A stretch of DNA of 64,000 bases, taken from NCBI GenBank assembly GCA_964291395.2, contig OZ219858.1, positions 1,152,001 to 1,216,000 of the forward strand. Reading direction: 5' to 3'. The notes under the pieces were generated by a model. It saw only the letters and a program-made list of their open reading frames with translations, was not told the origin of the DNA and ran no database searches. A program made the position numbers and the translations under genes. Positions 40,682-50,217 of the stretch are shown piece by piece. The stretch is from Alphaproteobacteria bacterium. Its GTDB lineage: Bacteria; Pseudomonadota; Alphaproteobacteria; UBA2966. The first letter of the stretch is position 1, and each line of letters opens with the position of its first letter.

Positions 40682-42388
40682 TCACATCGCGTCGGCCGCG
40701 GAAACCCGACCGTAGGCCACCAATGGTGCGAACTGCCGCCGGCCGAGATCGTTTCCCGGGCCGATGCCCCGCCGCGGCCGAACGTCGAAGCGCTGCGTGG
40801 CATAAAGCCGGGCGACAACGGCCTTTCGCGCGTCGCCTTCCGCGAGGTCTCGGCTTGCTTCTTCCAGAAGAAGCGCCAGAGACATGGTGTCGGCGAGAAG
40901 CGACATCAAGCGCCGGGCGTGCCTTTCCCCTTCCTTGCCGTCCGTGGAGACGTAGTCGACGGCATCCCGGCAATCGTCGAGAGCTCCGCCCACCGTTCTG
41001 CCGACATCACTCAATTGAGGTGGAGCGGCGTAAGTGATGCCCTCGATCCGAGTCACGAACGCGGCGAATCCGGGGTACCGGTTCCCGAGAAGTCGCAGGA
41101 CCTCGAGCGCCTGGACGTTCGCCGGTCCCTCCCAGACGGTTGTCACCTGCGCGTCCCGCAGCAGGCGGGGTGTGACGAAATCATAGGTATAGCCGTTGCC
41201 GCCGATGATCTCGATGGCGCGCCTGGTGGCGGCAACGGCGTCCTCCGCCGTCTGGAATTTCGCCAACGCCGTGATCAGCCGCATCCAGGGACGGCGCGTG
41301 GCATCGTCGATGGGCAGGGCGTTGGCGTCGTCGAATGCATTCGCCGCTTCCAATGCCAGCGCCAGGCTCGCTTCCAGAGGGATCAGTATTCGCAGGATCT
41401 CGTCCTGGACCATCGCGTATTCGGTGATGACCCGACCGAAGGCTTCGCGGCCGCAGGCAAACGCCATGGCCTCGAGAAACGCGCGCCGCTGCAGGCCGAC
41501 CGACGCCATCGAGTTGTGCAGGCGGCTGAACTCCAGCGCCTCCATCATCAGCTTGAAGCCGTCGGGGGGCGGGGCGACCTCATGGGCCAGCGTGCCCTGC
41601 AGATCGATTTCGCCCGTAGGCACGCCGACGGTGCCGAGTTTCTCCTTGAGGCGGCGTATCCTCATCGGATTGGGGCGGCCGTCCTCCAGGTGCGTGGGCA
41701 CGAGGTAAAGGCCGAGCCCCTTGGTCCCCTCCGGAGCGTCGACCGGGCGGGCCGTGGCCAGCGCCAGCCCACCGTTTGCGTTCGACGTGAACCACTTGAG
41801 GCCGTCGAGACGGAATGCGTCTCCGTCACGGCGCGCCACCGTACGGGTCGCGCCGACGTCACTGCCGCCATGGCGCTCGGTCACCCAGGTGCCGCCGGTC
41901 AGGGCGCCGCCGTCGGTCCGCGTGAGGTCGGGCACCATGCGCGCTCGCAGTTCCTCCGGTCCGAATCGGTCAAGGACGTAGGCGACGGCGCCGGTCATCG
42001 TCACCGGGCAGTGCAGAGACACGTTCGTCTGCGAGAGCAGGTAACCCATGACGAAGGTGATCAGGAACGGCGCCGGGTCGTCGCCGTAGTTCAGCCCGAC
42101 GATGCCGTGTTCATAGACTTCGCGGCTGGTTTTCTCCCAGGCCGGATTGTGAACGATCCGATTCACCAGAGACCCGTTGCCGTCGTACGCCTCCAGACGC
42201 GGCGGCGCGAAACGGTCGGTATGTTCGGCCTCCGCGTCCGCGGGACCGCCGACCCAGGCGCCGAACCCAGTCAGAACCGTTCCGAACCGTTCCTCCAGGC
42301 CACCGGCAAAACGCCCGATCGCTCGCCGAAGATTGACGTCGATCCGGTAGAGGTTTTGACCTCGTATCACCGGTCCGTATCCGATCAT
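40682..42388 (-). CDS. Acyl-CoA dehydrogenase family protein (AidB-like)
   Basis: CPVTMT, TERHGGSDV, GLKWFTS, RLKEKLG, VWEGPANVQALE. Confidence 0.88.
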   Translation of the reverse strand: MIGYGPVIRGQNLYRIDVNLRRAIGRFAGGLEERFGTVLTGFGAWVGGPADAEAEHTDRFAPPRLEAYDGNGSLVNRIVHNPAWEKTSREVYEHGIVGLNYGDDPAPFLITFVMGYLLSQTNVSLHCPVTMTGAVAYVLDRFGPEELRARMVPDLTRTDGGALTGGTWVTERHGGSDVGATRTVARRDGDAFRLDGLKWFTSNANGGLALATARPVDAPEGTKGLGLYLVPTHLEDGRPNPMRIRRLKEKLGTVGVPTGEIDLQGTLAHEVAPPPDGFKLMMEALEFSRLHNSMASVGLQRRAFLEAMAFACGREAFGRVITEYAMVQDEILRILIPLEASLALALEAANAFDDANALPIDDATRRPWMRLITALAKFQTAEDAVAATRRAIEIIGGNGYTYDFVTPRLLRDAQVTTVWEGPANVQALEVLRLLGNRYPGFAAFVTRIEGITYAAPPQLSDVGRTVGGALDDCRDAVDYVSTDGKEGERHARRLMSLLADTMSLALLLEEASRDLAEGDARKAVVARLYATQRFDVRPRRGIGPGNDLGRRQFAPLVAYGRVSAADAM

Positions 42389-42657
42389 GCCGACCTCCAG
42401 ATCCCGGAACTGGTCAACGCCGAAGCGGTCCTTCCGCGTTAAAACAGGCGACGGGCCGAGCCTATTTTAACGCGGCAATACTGGATAGAATGCTCGTCGA
42501 CTCCGTTCGGGAAAGCGTGGTGGAGGGAGGTTCCAGTGTTGAAGATCGCAAAGCATGTCAGGTCGTCGCCGCTGCCGGCGCGACTTCGTCCGGCTGCGAC
42601 GTCGGCGGGGCGGGCACAGAAAGTGCAAGACCGACCGCCGCGCTTGCGATACGACCG

Positions 42658-45072
42658 ATGAAGACTCACGCGCGTGTCGTCGTTGTCGGCGGCGGCGTCA
42701 TGGGGGTCGGACTCCTTTATCACCTGACCAAGGAGGGGTGGTCGGACGTGGCCCTGGTGGAGAAGGGCGAGCTCACCTCCGGCTCCACGTGGCACGCGGC
42801 CGGACTGATCCCGCATTTCATCGCCAGTCTCAACATGGCCAAGGTCCACTGCTACGGCTCCCAACTGTACCAACGGCTCGAGGCGGAGACCGGACAGGCG
42901 ACCGGCTGGCACGGCTGCGGCTCGATCCGCCTAGCGACCAACCAGGACGAGGCGGATTGGTTTCATTACGTTCAAGGGGTGCTGCGCTGTGTCGGCGCGG
43001 AGTGTCATCTGATCGGGCCGTCCGAGATCGCCGATCTCCACCCGCTGCTGGATACCGACGGTGTCGTGCTCGGCGCCTACACCCCCGATGACGGTCATAC
43101 GGACCCCGCCAGCAGCACGATGGCGATGGCGGCCGGCGCGCGCGCGGGAGGAGCCGAGATCTACCTCCACAATCGAGTCGTCGACATCGGCCGGCGGGCC
43201 GACGGGAATTGGGACGTGGTCACCGAGCAGGGCACGATCGTCGCCGAGCATGTGGTCAACGCCGCTGGCGGTTTCTCATCCCAGGTCGGAGCCATGGTCG
43301 GTCTTGAGGTCCCGATCGTCAACATGGTTCATCAGTACCTGGTGACAGAGAATCTCGACGTCGTGTCGGCCCTGGACAGAGAGCCGCCGGTGGTTCGCGA
43401 CCCGCGGGCCTCGTGCTACTACCGCCAGGAGCAGCAGGGTCTGATCATCGGCCCCTACGAGACCGACGGCGCTCAGCCCTGGGCGCTCGAGGGGATCGAC
43501 TGGTCGTTCGATACCGAACTGCTGCCGCCGGATATCGACCGTCTGGTTCCGTGGCTGGAACTCGCGGCCAAGCGCATTCCGGTGTTCGAGAACGCCGGCA
43601 TCAAGCGGGTCGTCAGCGGACCCATCACCCATACGCCGGACGGCGGGTTCCTGATCGGTCCGGCCCCGGGATTGCCGAACTTCTGGATGTGTTGCGGCGC
43701 CGGTATCGGCATTACCCAGGGCCCCGGCGCCGGGAAATATCTGGCGCAGTGGATGGTCCACGGCCAAACCGAGATCAACGTCCGCGAAATGGAGACCAGG
43801 CGATTCGGCAAATGGGCAAGCGGCGGCTACAGCGTGCCCAAGGCCGTGGACGAATATCATCACATGTACCAGGTGCACTTTCCGGGTGAGTTCCGTGAGC
43901 CGGGTCGGCCGGTGAAGACCACGCCGATATACGGCAAGCTCGCGGCGCGCGGCGCCGTGTTCGCCGAGACGTTCGGCTGGGAGCGGGCGAAATGGTTCGC
44001 TGCCGACGGCGTCGAGGAGCGCTACAGCTTTCGCCGCACGAACTGGTTCGCGCCGGTGGCCGAGGAATGCCGGGCCGTGCGCGAGCGCGTGGGCGTGCTG
44101 GACCTGTCGAGCTTCGCCAAGTTCGACGTCACCGGTCGCGATGCGGCCGCTTTCCTCGACCGCATCATCGCCAATCGCGTGCCGCAGCGGAACGGCCGTA
44201 TAGCCCTCGCGCATGCGCTTACCGAGCTCGGCGGCATCGAGTGCGAGTTCACGGTGACCCGGTTGGACGAGAGCCGCTTCTACCTCCTTTCGGCCGCTGT
44301 CGCCCAAATCCATGACTACGATTGGCTGGTGCAGCACAAGGACGATGCCGAGGACGTCACGGTGGAGGACGTCACCGGCGATTACGCCGTCTTGCTGGTA
44401 AGCGGCCCACGTTCGAGAGAGCTGCTGGCCAAGCTGACCGACGCGGAACTCGACAACGAGGCCTTTCCATGGTTGTCGGCGCGTGAGATCGAGATCGCGG
44501 GAGTCCCGGTCCGGGCGCTCAGGGTCTCCTATGCGGGTGAGCTCGGTTGGGAGCTTCACCATCCGATGACCCGTATGGAAGCACTCTATGACGCTGTAAT
44601 GGCTGCGGGTGAAGAGTACGGCATCGCCGACTTTGGCTTGTACGCCGTCAACTCCCTTCGTATGGAGAAAGCCTACCAGGCCTGGGGGCTGGAGTTGACG
44701 ACCGAGATCACGCCGTTGGAATGCGGTCTGGACCGGTTCGTCGACCTGAACAGCCCGTTCATCGGCAGGGACGCGGTCGCCGAGCGCGCCGGCAAGGGCG
44801 TGGACACCCGCCTGGTATACCTCTCCGTGGACGCCGCGGATGCCGACGCCCACGGGAACGAGCCGGTCTACGCGAACGGTCGCGTCGTAGGCCTCACGAC
44901 CAGCGGCGCCTACGGGCACACGGTAGGCCAAAGCATCGCATTCGCTTTCGTCGAACCGGATCGCTCGGAGCCCGGCACCGAGCTCGAAGTCGCGATCCTG
45001 GGCCGCCGATGTGCTGCCAGGGTGCTCGACGAGCCACTGTACGATCCCCTGAACCAGCGGCTGAGAGCGTAG
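42658..45072 (+). CDS. Dimethylglycine dehydrogenase-like flavoprotein (FAD domain + GcvT folate domain)
   Basis: VVVVGGGVMG, LTSGSTWHAAG (covalent-FAD His motif), HTPDG, SYAGELGWELH, LRMEK; ATG 42658. Confidence 0.9.
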   Translation: MKTHARVVVVGGGVMGVGLLYHLTKEGWSDVALVEKGELTSGSTWHAAGLIPHFIASLNMAKVHCYGSQLYQRLEAETGQATGWHGCGSIRLATNQDEADWFHYVQGVLRCVGAECHLIGPSEIADLHPLLDTDGVVLGAYTPDDGHTDPASSTMAMAAGARAGGAEIYLHNRVVDIGRRADGNWDVVTEQGTIVAEHVVNAAGGFSSQVGAMVGLEVPIVNMVHQYLVTENLDVVSALDREPPVVRDPRASCYYRQEQQGLIIGPYETDGAQPWALEGIDWSFDTELLPPDIDRLVPWLELAAKRIPVFENAGIKRVVSGPITHTPDGGFLIGPAPGLPNFWMCCGAGIGITQGPGAGKYLAQWMVHGQTEINVREMETRRFGKWASGGYSVPKAVDEYHHMYQVHFPGEFREPGRPVKTTPIYGKLAARGAVFAETFGWERAKWFAADGVEERYSFRRTNWFAPVAEECRAVRERVGVLDLSSFAKFDVTGRDAAAFLDRIIANRVPQRNGRIALAHALTELGGIECEFTVTRLDESRFYLLSAAVAQIHDYDWLVQHKDDAEDVTVEDVTGDYAVLLVSGPRSRELLAKLTDAELDNEAFPWLSAREIEIAGVPVRALRVSYAGELGWELHHPMTRMEALYDAVMAAGEEYGIADFGLYAVNSLRMEKAYQAWGLELTTEITPLECGLDRFVDLNSPFIGRDAVAERAGKGVDTRLVYLSVDAADADAHGNEPVYANGRVVGLTTSGAYGHTVGQSIAFAFVEPDRSEPGTELEVAILGRRCAARVLDEPLYDPLNQRLRA

Positions 45073-45204
45073 GCGGGCTTGCCTTGAGTCGGCGGGGACA
45101 TCACCGTCCTCTCCCGTCATTAGCGATCAGCGACGGTGTTGCCGCGGGAATGGTCCGCCGCGTGAACCGTACTCGACGGATGCAATCATTTAGATGCGAT
45201 CATT

Positions 45205-45303
45205 TCCCGATTTGTTTCGTCTGCGACAAATTTGTTTTGTCCGCGACAGATTTGTTTTGTCAGAGACAGAATTGTTTTGACGGGGGATAGAATTTGTATT
45301 GAC
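45205..45303. repeat. Imperfect 20-bp tandem array (about 4-5 copies)
   Basis: Units CTGCGACAAATTTGTTTTGT, CCGCGACAGATTTGTTTTGT, CAGAGACAGAATTGTTTTGA (45221-45280) plus degenerate flanking copies. Confidence 0.85.
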
Positions 45304-45368
45304 GGCGTTTGATTCTCCCCACGAAGATCGCGTCACACGAAGATCGATCGTGAGGGGAGTATCCGGGA

Positions 45369-46535
45369 ATGAACGAGATCGCAACGATGGCCGAATTCCG
45401 CTTCGGCCCCCGCTATCGCAAGTCGCCATTTTTCGAGGCCACGCGCCGGGCCGGGTGCAGGTCCTGGGGCATCTACAATCACATGTACCTTCCGGACTAC
45501 TACGACGATCCGATCGAGGAATACCGAAGTCTGACCAATGACGTCACGCTGTGGGACGTAAGCGTCGAGCGCATCGTCGAGATCACAGGGCCGGACGCGT
45601 CCGAATTCACCAACCGGCTGACGTCTCGCGATCTGACCAAATGCGCGGTCGGGCAGGGCAAGTACGTGCTGATCACCGCCGAGGACGGTGGCATCGTCAA
45701 TGAGCCCGTGCTGCTGCGGCTGGGCGAGAATCAGTGGTGGCTGGCGCTTTCCGATTCCGATGCCGGCCTGTGGGCGCGCGGATATTCGGTGAGCTCGGGA
45801 CTCGACGTGAAGGTTCGCGAACCCGAGGTCTACCCGGTCCAGGTGCAGGGTCCGAGGTCCAGGGACGTGATGACCCGCCTGTTCGGCGATTCGGTCATGA
45901 ACATCCGCTATTACTGGACCATGGAGACCGACCTCGACGGGATTCCGGTGGTCATCAGTCGTACCGGCTGGAGTGCCGAGATCGGGTTCGAGATCTATCT
46001 CCGCGACCCGAGCCGCGGCGAGGAGCTATGGGAGCGGATCATGGAAGCGGGCAAGCCGTATCGCATCCGACCGATCGCGCCTTCGCAGATCCGCCGCATC
46101 GAGGCCGGAATGGTCCGTTACGGCGCCGATATAACCATCGAGAACAATCCGTTCGAGGTCATGGGGCTCGAACGGCTGGTGGAGGACCAGGACGCGGACT
46201 ATATCGGCAAGGAAGCGCTGATGCGGATCAAGGCCGAGGGCGTGAGCCGGAAGCTGGTCGGCTTCATACTCGACAACGACGAACCGGTCCAGGGATTACC
46301 GGACGCGGCACCTGCCTTCAGAGACGGCGAGGAGACCGGCCGCGTCACTACGATCGTCTGGTCGCCGCGCATGGAACGGAACATCGGTTATGTCTGGGTA
46401 CCGATCGAACTCGCCGCCCCCGGCAACAAGCTCGAAGTTCGCACGTTGACCGGTACCGCCATGGGTCAGACGGCGGCGATGCCCTTCTTCGATCCCAAGA
46501 AGACCATGCCCAGTCAAGGCCTTTCCGCCGATTGA
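45369..46535 (+). CDS. GcvT-family aminomethyltransferase (DmdA-related)
   Basis: RKSPFF, YNHMYLP, LWDVSVER, GPDA, SRTGWSAEIGFE, RRIEAG, PFFDP. Confidence 0.88.
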   Translation: MNEIATMAEFRFGPRYRKSPFFEATRRAGCRSWGIYNHMYLPDYYDDPIEEYRSLTNDVTLWDVSVERIVEITGPDASEFTNRLTSRDLTKCAVGQGKYVLITAEDGGIVNEPVLLRLGENQWWLALSDSDAGLWARGYSVSSGLDVKVREPEVYPVQVQGPRSRDVMTRLFGDSVMNIRYYWTMETDLDGIPVVISRTGWSAEIGFEIYLRDPSRGEELWERIMEAGKPYRIRPIAPSQIRRIEAGMVRYGADITIENNPFEVMGLERLVEDQDADYIGKEALMRIKAEGVSRKLVGFILDNDEPVQGLPDAAPAFRDGEETGRVTTIVWSPRMERNIGYVWVPIELAAPGNKLEVRTLTGTAMGQTAAMPFFDPKKTMPSQGLSAD

Positions 46536-46868
46536 ACCGATTCGCGGTAGGGAGTTTCCCATTCGCCCGCCGGCGCGATAACGGAGGGGGCCGTTTATGG
46601 GCCGTGCGGGCGAATGCAGCGGATGAGACACTCGGCGACCGGTCTTTCAAGAGGCGAGGCGCAAGTACCTTCTTCTCCGGTAATCTGAAGTACGTGTATG
46701 GTTCGGCTTGCCGCGATCAAGCCGTCCGCTTCCGATGGGAGGTTGGATACGGACCGAGCCTGAGTGTCGCCGCGGCCACGATATTGTGATTGGCTCGCAT
46801 GGGGCCCATGAACCATATGATGGCCCCGGGCAGACCAACCAGCGGCTCAAGCGAACAAACTTACGCCG

Positions 46869-47612
46869 ATGGCCACGCTTGACATTACATTCGCGGCGGC
46901 AGGCGGCGCGGGGATCGTCAGTTTCCTGTCGCCCTGCGTGCTGCCGCTGGTGCCGGCCTACCTGTGCTTCGTCGCGGGCACGTCTCTCGACCAGGTCCTC
47001 GAGGATGGCACGGTCGAACGGTCCATGGGCCGTCCCGTAGCGCTGGCGGCGTTCGCGTTCGTGCTCGGGTTCTCCACCGTGTTTGTTCTGATGGGAGCTT
47101 CGGCCTCGGCCATCAATCGGCTGGTCCTCGAGTACATCGATATCGTCGCCAAGGTCGCGGGCGCCGTCATCGTGCTCTTCGGCCTGCATTTCATGGGCCT
47201 GCTGCGAATTCCCCTGCTCTATCGAGAGGTTCGGTTCAACCCGGCCGCGAGCCCCTCGGGACTGATCGGCGCCTACGTCATCGGGCTCGCGTTTGCGTTC
47301 GGCTGGACGCCCTGCGTCGGCCCGATCCTTGCGACGATCCTGACCATTGCCGCCAGCCGCGACTCCCTCGGCTATGGCGTGTCCCTGCTCGCCGTCTACG
47401 CGCTCGGGCTGGGGATACCGTTCATGATCGCCGCGCTCTGCCTCAATCCCTTCATGAATTTTCTGTGGCGCTTCCGGCGGCACGTCCGCAAGGTCGAGGT
47501 CGCCACCGGCGCGCTGCTGGCACTGACGGGCATCCTTATTTTCACCAGTACCCTGTCGACGTTCGGCTTCTATCTTCTGGAGGTCTTTCCCGTTCTCGGA
47601 GAGATCGGCTAG
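46869..47612 (+). CDS. ccdA: Cytochrome c biogenesis protein CcdA
   Basis: SFLSPCVLPLVPAY and FGWTPCVGPIL redox Cys motifs. Confidence 0.93.
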   Translation: MATLDITFAAAGGAGIVSFLSPCVLPLVPAYLCFVAGTSLDQVLEDGTVERSMGRPVALAAFAFVLGFSTVFVLMGASASAINRLVLEYIDIVAKVAGAVIVLFGLHFMGLLRIPLLYREVRFNPAASPSGLIGAYVIGLAFAFGWTPCVGPILATILTIAASRDSLGYGVSLLAVYALGLGIPFMIAALCLNPFMNFLWRFRRHVRKVEVATGALLALTGILIFTSTLSTFGFYLLEVFPVLGEIG

Positions 47613-47654
47613 GGCGGTTCAAGCCCGGCTCGAACGGCCATGGTCCGGCATCCG

Positions 47655-48506
47655 TTACCGGGCCGAATTCAACACGATCACGCCGGCGGCTACGAGAACC
47701 GCTGCCGCAATCCGCCTCCCGCCAAATCGTTCGCCGAGAACGAGCGCACCGATCATCGCAGCGAAGATCACGCTCGTCTCGCGCAGCGTGGAGACCGCCC
47801 CCATCGCCGAGACACTCATCGCCCAGATCACCGTGCCGTAGGCCATCATCTGAAGCGTGCCTCCCGTCACGCCCTTCAGGAACTCGGCCTTCAGCAAGGC
47901 GCGCACTTGGCCGCGCCGGGTGACCTGGGCAAACACCGCAATGGGAATCCCGTCGATAAGATACAGCCAGGCGATGTAGGCGAACGCGTTTCCCGCGAGA
48001 CGCACGCCCAACCCGTCGACGACCGAATAGGCCGCGATACAAATCGCCGTTGCCGTCGCGAAAAGGACGGGGCGGGGATCATTCCTCCAGGGCAGTCCCC
48101 TTTCGAATGCGAGGCTGATGATCCCGAGGCTGGCGACACATACTCCGACCCATGCGAGGGGTGCCAGGAACTCACCCGCGAAAAGGGCAGCCGAGCCGGC
48201 GACCAGCAGGGGCGACAGACCGCGCGCCAGGGGATAGACGTGGCTCAGATCGCCGACACGGTACTGCTGAACGAGGAGGAAGTAGTACGCCGTGTGAAGC
48301 ACGGCCGACGCGGCCAGGTAGGGCCAGCATCCCGGCTCGGGAATCCCGACAAAGGGCAGCGCCACGGCTCCGATGAGCCCGGCCACTCCGTTTATGATCG
48401 CGAGGGTCACCAGTCTGTCGCCGCCGACTTTGACGCACGCGTTCCAGCACGCATGCAGCAGAGCCGCCACCAGAACCAGCGCGACGACTTCGATCTGCAG
48501 CGGCAT
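47655..48506 (-). CDS. DMT/EamA family transporter
   Basis: LLHACWN, GDLSHVYPLARG, LRETSVIFA; ATG 48506. Confidence 0.88.
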   Translation of the reverse strand: MPLQIEVVALVLVAALLHACWNACVKVGGDRLVTLAIINGVAGLIGAVALPFVGIPEPGCWPYLAASAVLHTAYYFLLVQQYRVGDLSHVYPLARGLSPLLVAGSAALFAGEFLAPLAWVGVCVASLGIISLAFERGLPWRNDPRPVLFATATAICIAAYSVVDGLGVRLAGNAFAYIAWLYLIDGIPIAVFAQVTRRGQVRALLKAEFLKGVTGGTLQMMAYGTVIWAMSVSAMGAVSTLRETSVIFAAMIGALVLGERFGGRRIAAAVLVAAGVIVLNSAR

Positions 48507-48559
48507 TCCTCGCCAATCGATCCGGGGGTCGGGTCGCGCCCGAGAGGCGCACGGGAAGA

Positions 48560-49429
48560 TCACCCACCCAGGAACAGCCGGCCGACCTCCGGATTCTCCA
48601 GAAGCTCGTCGCCCGGGCCGGCAATGGCGATCTGTCCCGACACCAGAACGTATCCGATATCGGCGAATTCCAGGCCCTTCTTGGCGTTTTGCTCCACCAT
48701 GATGATGGTCTTGCCCTCGGTGTTCTGAAGATCCCCAAGGATCTCGAATACCATGTCGATGAAGCGCGGTTCCAACCCGATCGAAGGTTCATCCACCAGC
48801 AGTACGTCGGGCTGCATCACCAGGGCGCGGGAGATTTCCAGCAGGCGACGCTCGCCGCCCGACAGGACCCGCGCCGGCTGTTTGCGGCGCGCGGCAAGAC
48901 GCGGGTATTTGTCGAACACCCGCTCGGCGGTTTCCTTCGCCCGCGCCGGCTTCTCGAAGAGAAAACCGCCCATCCACAGGTTCTCTTCGACCGTCATGTC
49001 AGGAAAGATGGACTTGTCCTGAAGGATGTAGGCAATACCGGCATGGCGAAGCTTGTCCTTCGAGTTCATCGCCGTGATGTCCCGCCCGTCAACCGAGACG
49101 GTGCCGGAGAAGATGTTGGTGAAGCCGAAGATCGAGTGAAGGATCGTCGATTTCCCGGCCCCGTTCGGCCCGATGAGGCACAGCGACTGGCGCTTCGCCA
49201 CCTGAAGATTGAAATCGTGCAGGATTTCCATCTTCCCGTAACCCGCATTCAGGCCGTCGATGCGCACGTACGGCGCATGGCCGCAAAGCTCGGCGATACG
49301 TTCCTGACCCGGCCGTTCGCGGGCGAGCTTCTGCGCCTCTCGGGTGACGTCGTCGACGGACAGGACCGGCGCATCGGCCAAGCCGCCGATGCGGCCGTGG
49401 CCGACCGCCCGATGATCGGGGGCGGGCAC
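48560..49429 (-). CDS. Liv-type ABC ATP-binding protein (LivF-like)
   Basis: [26 protein letters not shown]. Confidence 0.92.
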   Translation of the reverse strand: MPAPDHRAVGHGRIGGLADAPVLSVDDVTREAQKLARERPGQERIAELCGHAPYVRIDGLNAGYGKMEILHDFNLQVAKRQSLCLIGPNGAGKSTILHSIFGFTNIFSGTVSVDGRDITAMNSKDKLRHAGIAYILQDKSIFPDMTVEENLWMGGFLFEKPARAKETAERVFDKYPRLAARRKQPARVLSGGERRLLEISRALVMQPDVLLVDEPSIGLEPRFIDMVFEILGDLQNTEGKTIIMVEQNAKKGLEFADIGYVLVSGQIAIAGPGDELLENPEVGRLFLGG

Positions 49430-50217
49430 TAGGAATCCCCCGTCTGGATATAACCACCGAGATAGGCGTCGATGACTCGTTGGTCGTTCTGGATCTCCTC
49501 CGGCGGTCCTTGGGCAAGCAACTGACCGTTGGCCAGGCAGTAGATATGCTCGGCCAGCCCCATGATCACGGGCATGTTGTGCTCGATGACGAAGAGCGTC
49601 ACGCCGAGCTCCTGGTTAGCCCGCTTGAGCCGGTCGATCAGGCCGTTGATGAGGGTGGGATTGATTCCCGCCGTGGGCTCGTCCAACAACAGAACCTTGG
49701 GCTCGTTCATCAACGCCATGGCGAATTCGAGCAACTTCTGCTGACCGAACGACAGATCGCCCGAGATCAGCCGGCGTTTCGAATAAAGCCCGACGAACTC
49801 CAGCAGAGCCTCCGCACGGTCGGCGACCTCCGGCGGATAGGTCGCGAACATGTCGCCGAAGCTCTCGTTGCGGTGCGACAACGAGATCAGCATGTTGTCG
49901 ACGCAATTCATGTTCGAGTAGATGCGGGTTTGCTGGAACGTCCGCAGCAAGCCCAGGCGCGCGATCTGCTGGACGCGGAGCTTCGAGATTTCCCGTCCCT
50001 GGAAGAGAATGGACCCAGAGTCGATGGGGTGGAAACCGACGATCGAATTGAACAAGGTGGTCTTGCCCGATCCGTTGGGGCCGATCAGGCCCGTGATACG
50101 TCCTTCCGGGACATCCAGCGAGATCTCCTGGTTGGCGATCACGCCGCCAAAGGCCTTGGAGACGTCGGAAACCTCGATGAGCGCGGTCATGGGGGAAACT
50201 TTCGGCTGCCGGCTCAC
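49429..50217 (-). CDS. Liv-type ABC ATP-binding protein (LivG-like)
   Basis: GPNGSGKTT, RTFQ, LSFGQQK, DEPTAG, IEHNM. Confidence 0.92.
   Translation of the reverse strand: MSRQPKVSPMTALIEVSDVSKAFGGVIANQEISLDVPEGRITGLIGPNGSGKTTLFNSIVGFHPIDSGSILFQGREISKLRVQQIARLGLLRTFQQTRIYSNMNCVDNMLISLSHRNESFGDMFATYPPEVADRAEALLEFVGLYSKRRLISGDLSFGQQKLLEFAMALMNEPKVLLLDEPTAGINPTLINGLIDRLKRANQELGVTLFVIEHNMPVIMGLAEHIYCLANGQLLAQGPPEEIQNDQRVIDAYLGGYIQTGDS

Noticed and set aside
45205-45303. CRISPR array interpretation of the 20-bp repeats
   Set aside because: Units are contiguous with no unique spacers, and there are no cas genes in the window.
45369-46535. Assigning dmdA or gcvT
   Set aside because: Family is clear but orthology cannot be established without a phylogeny.
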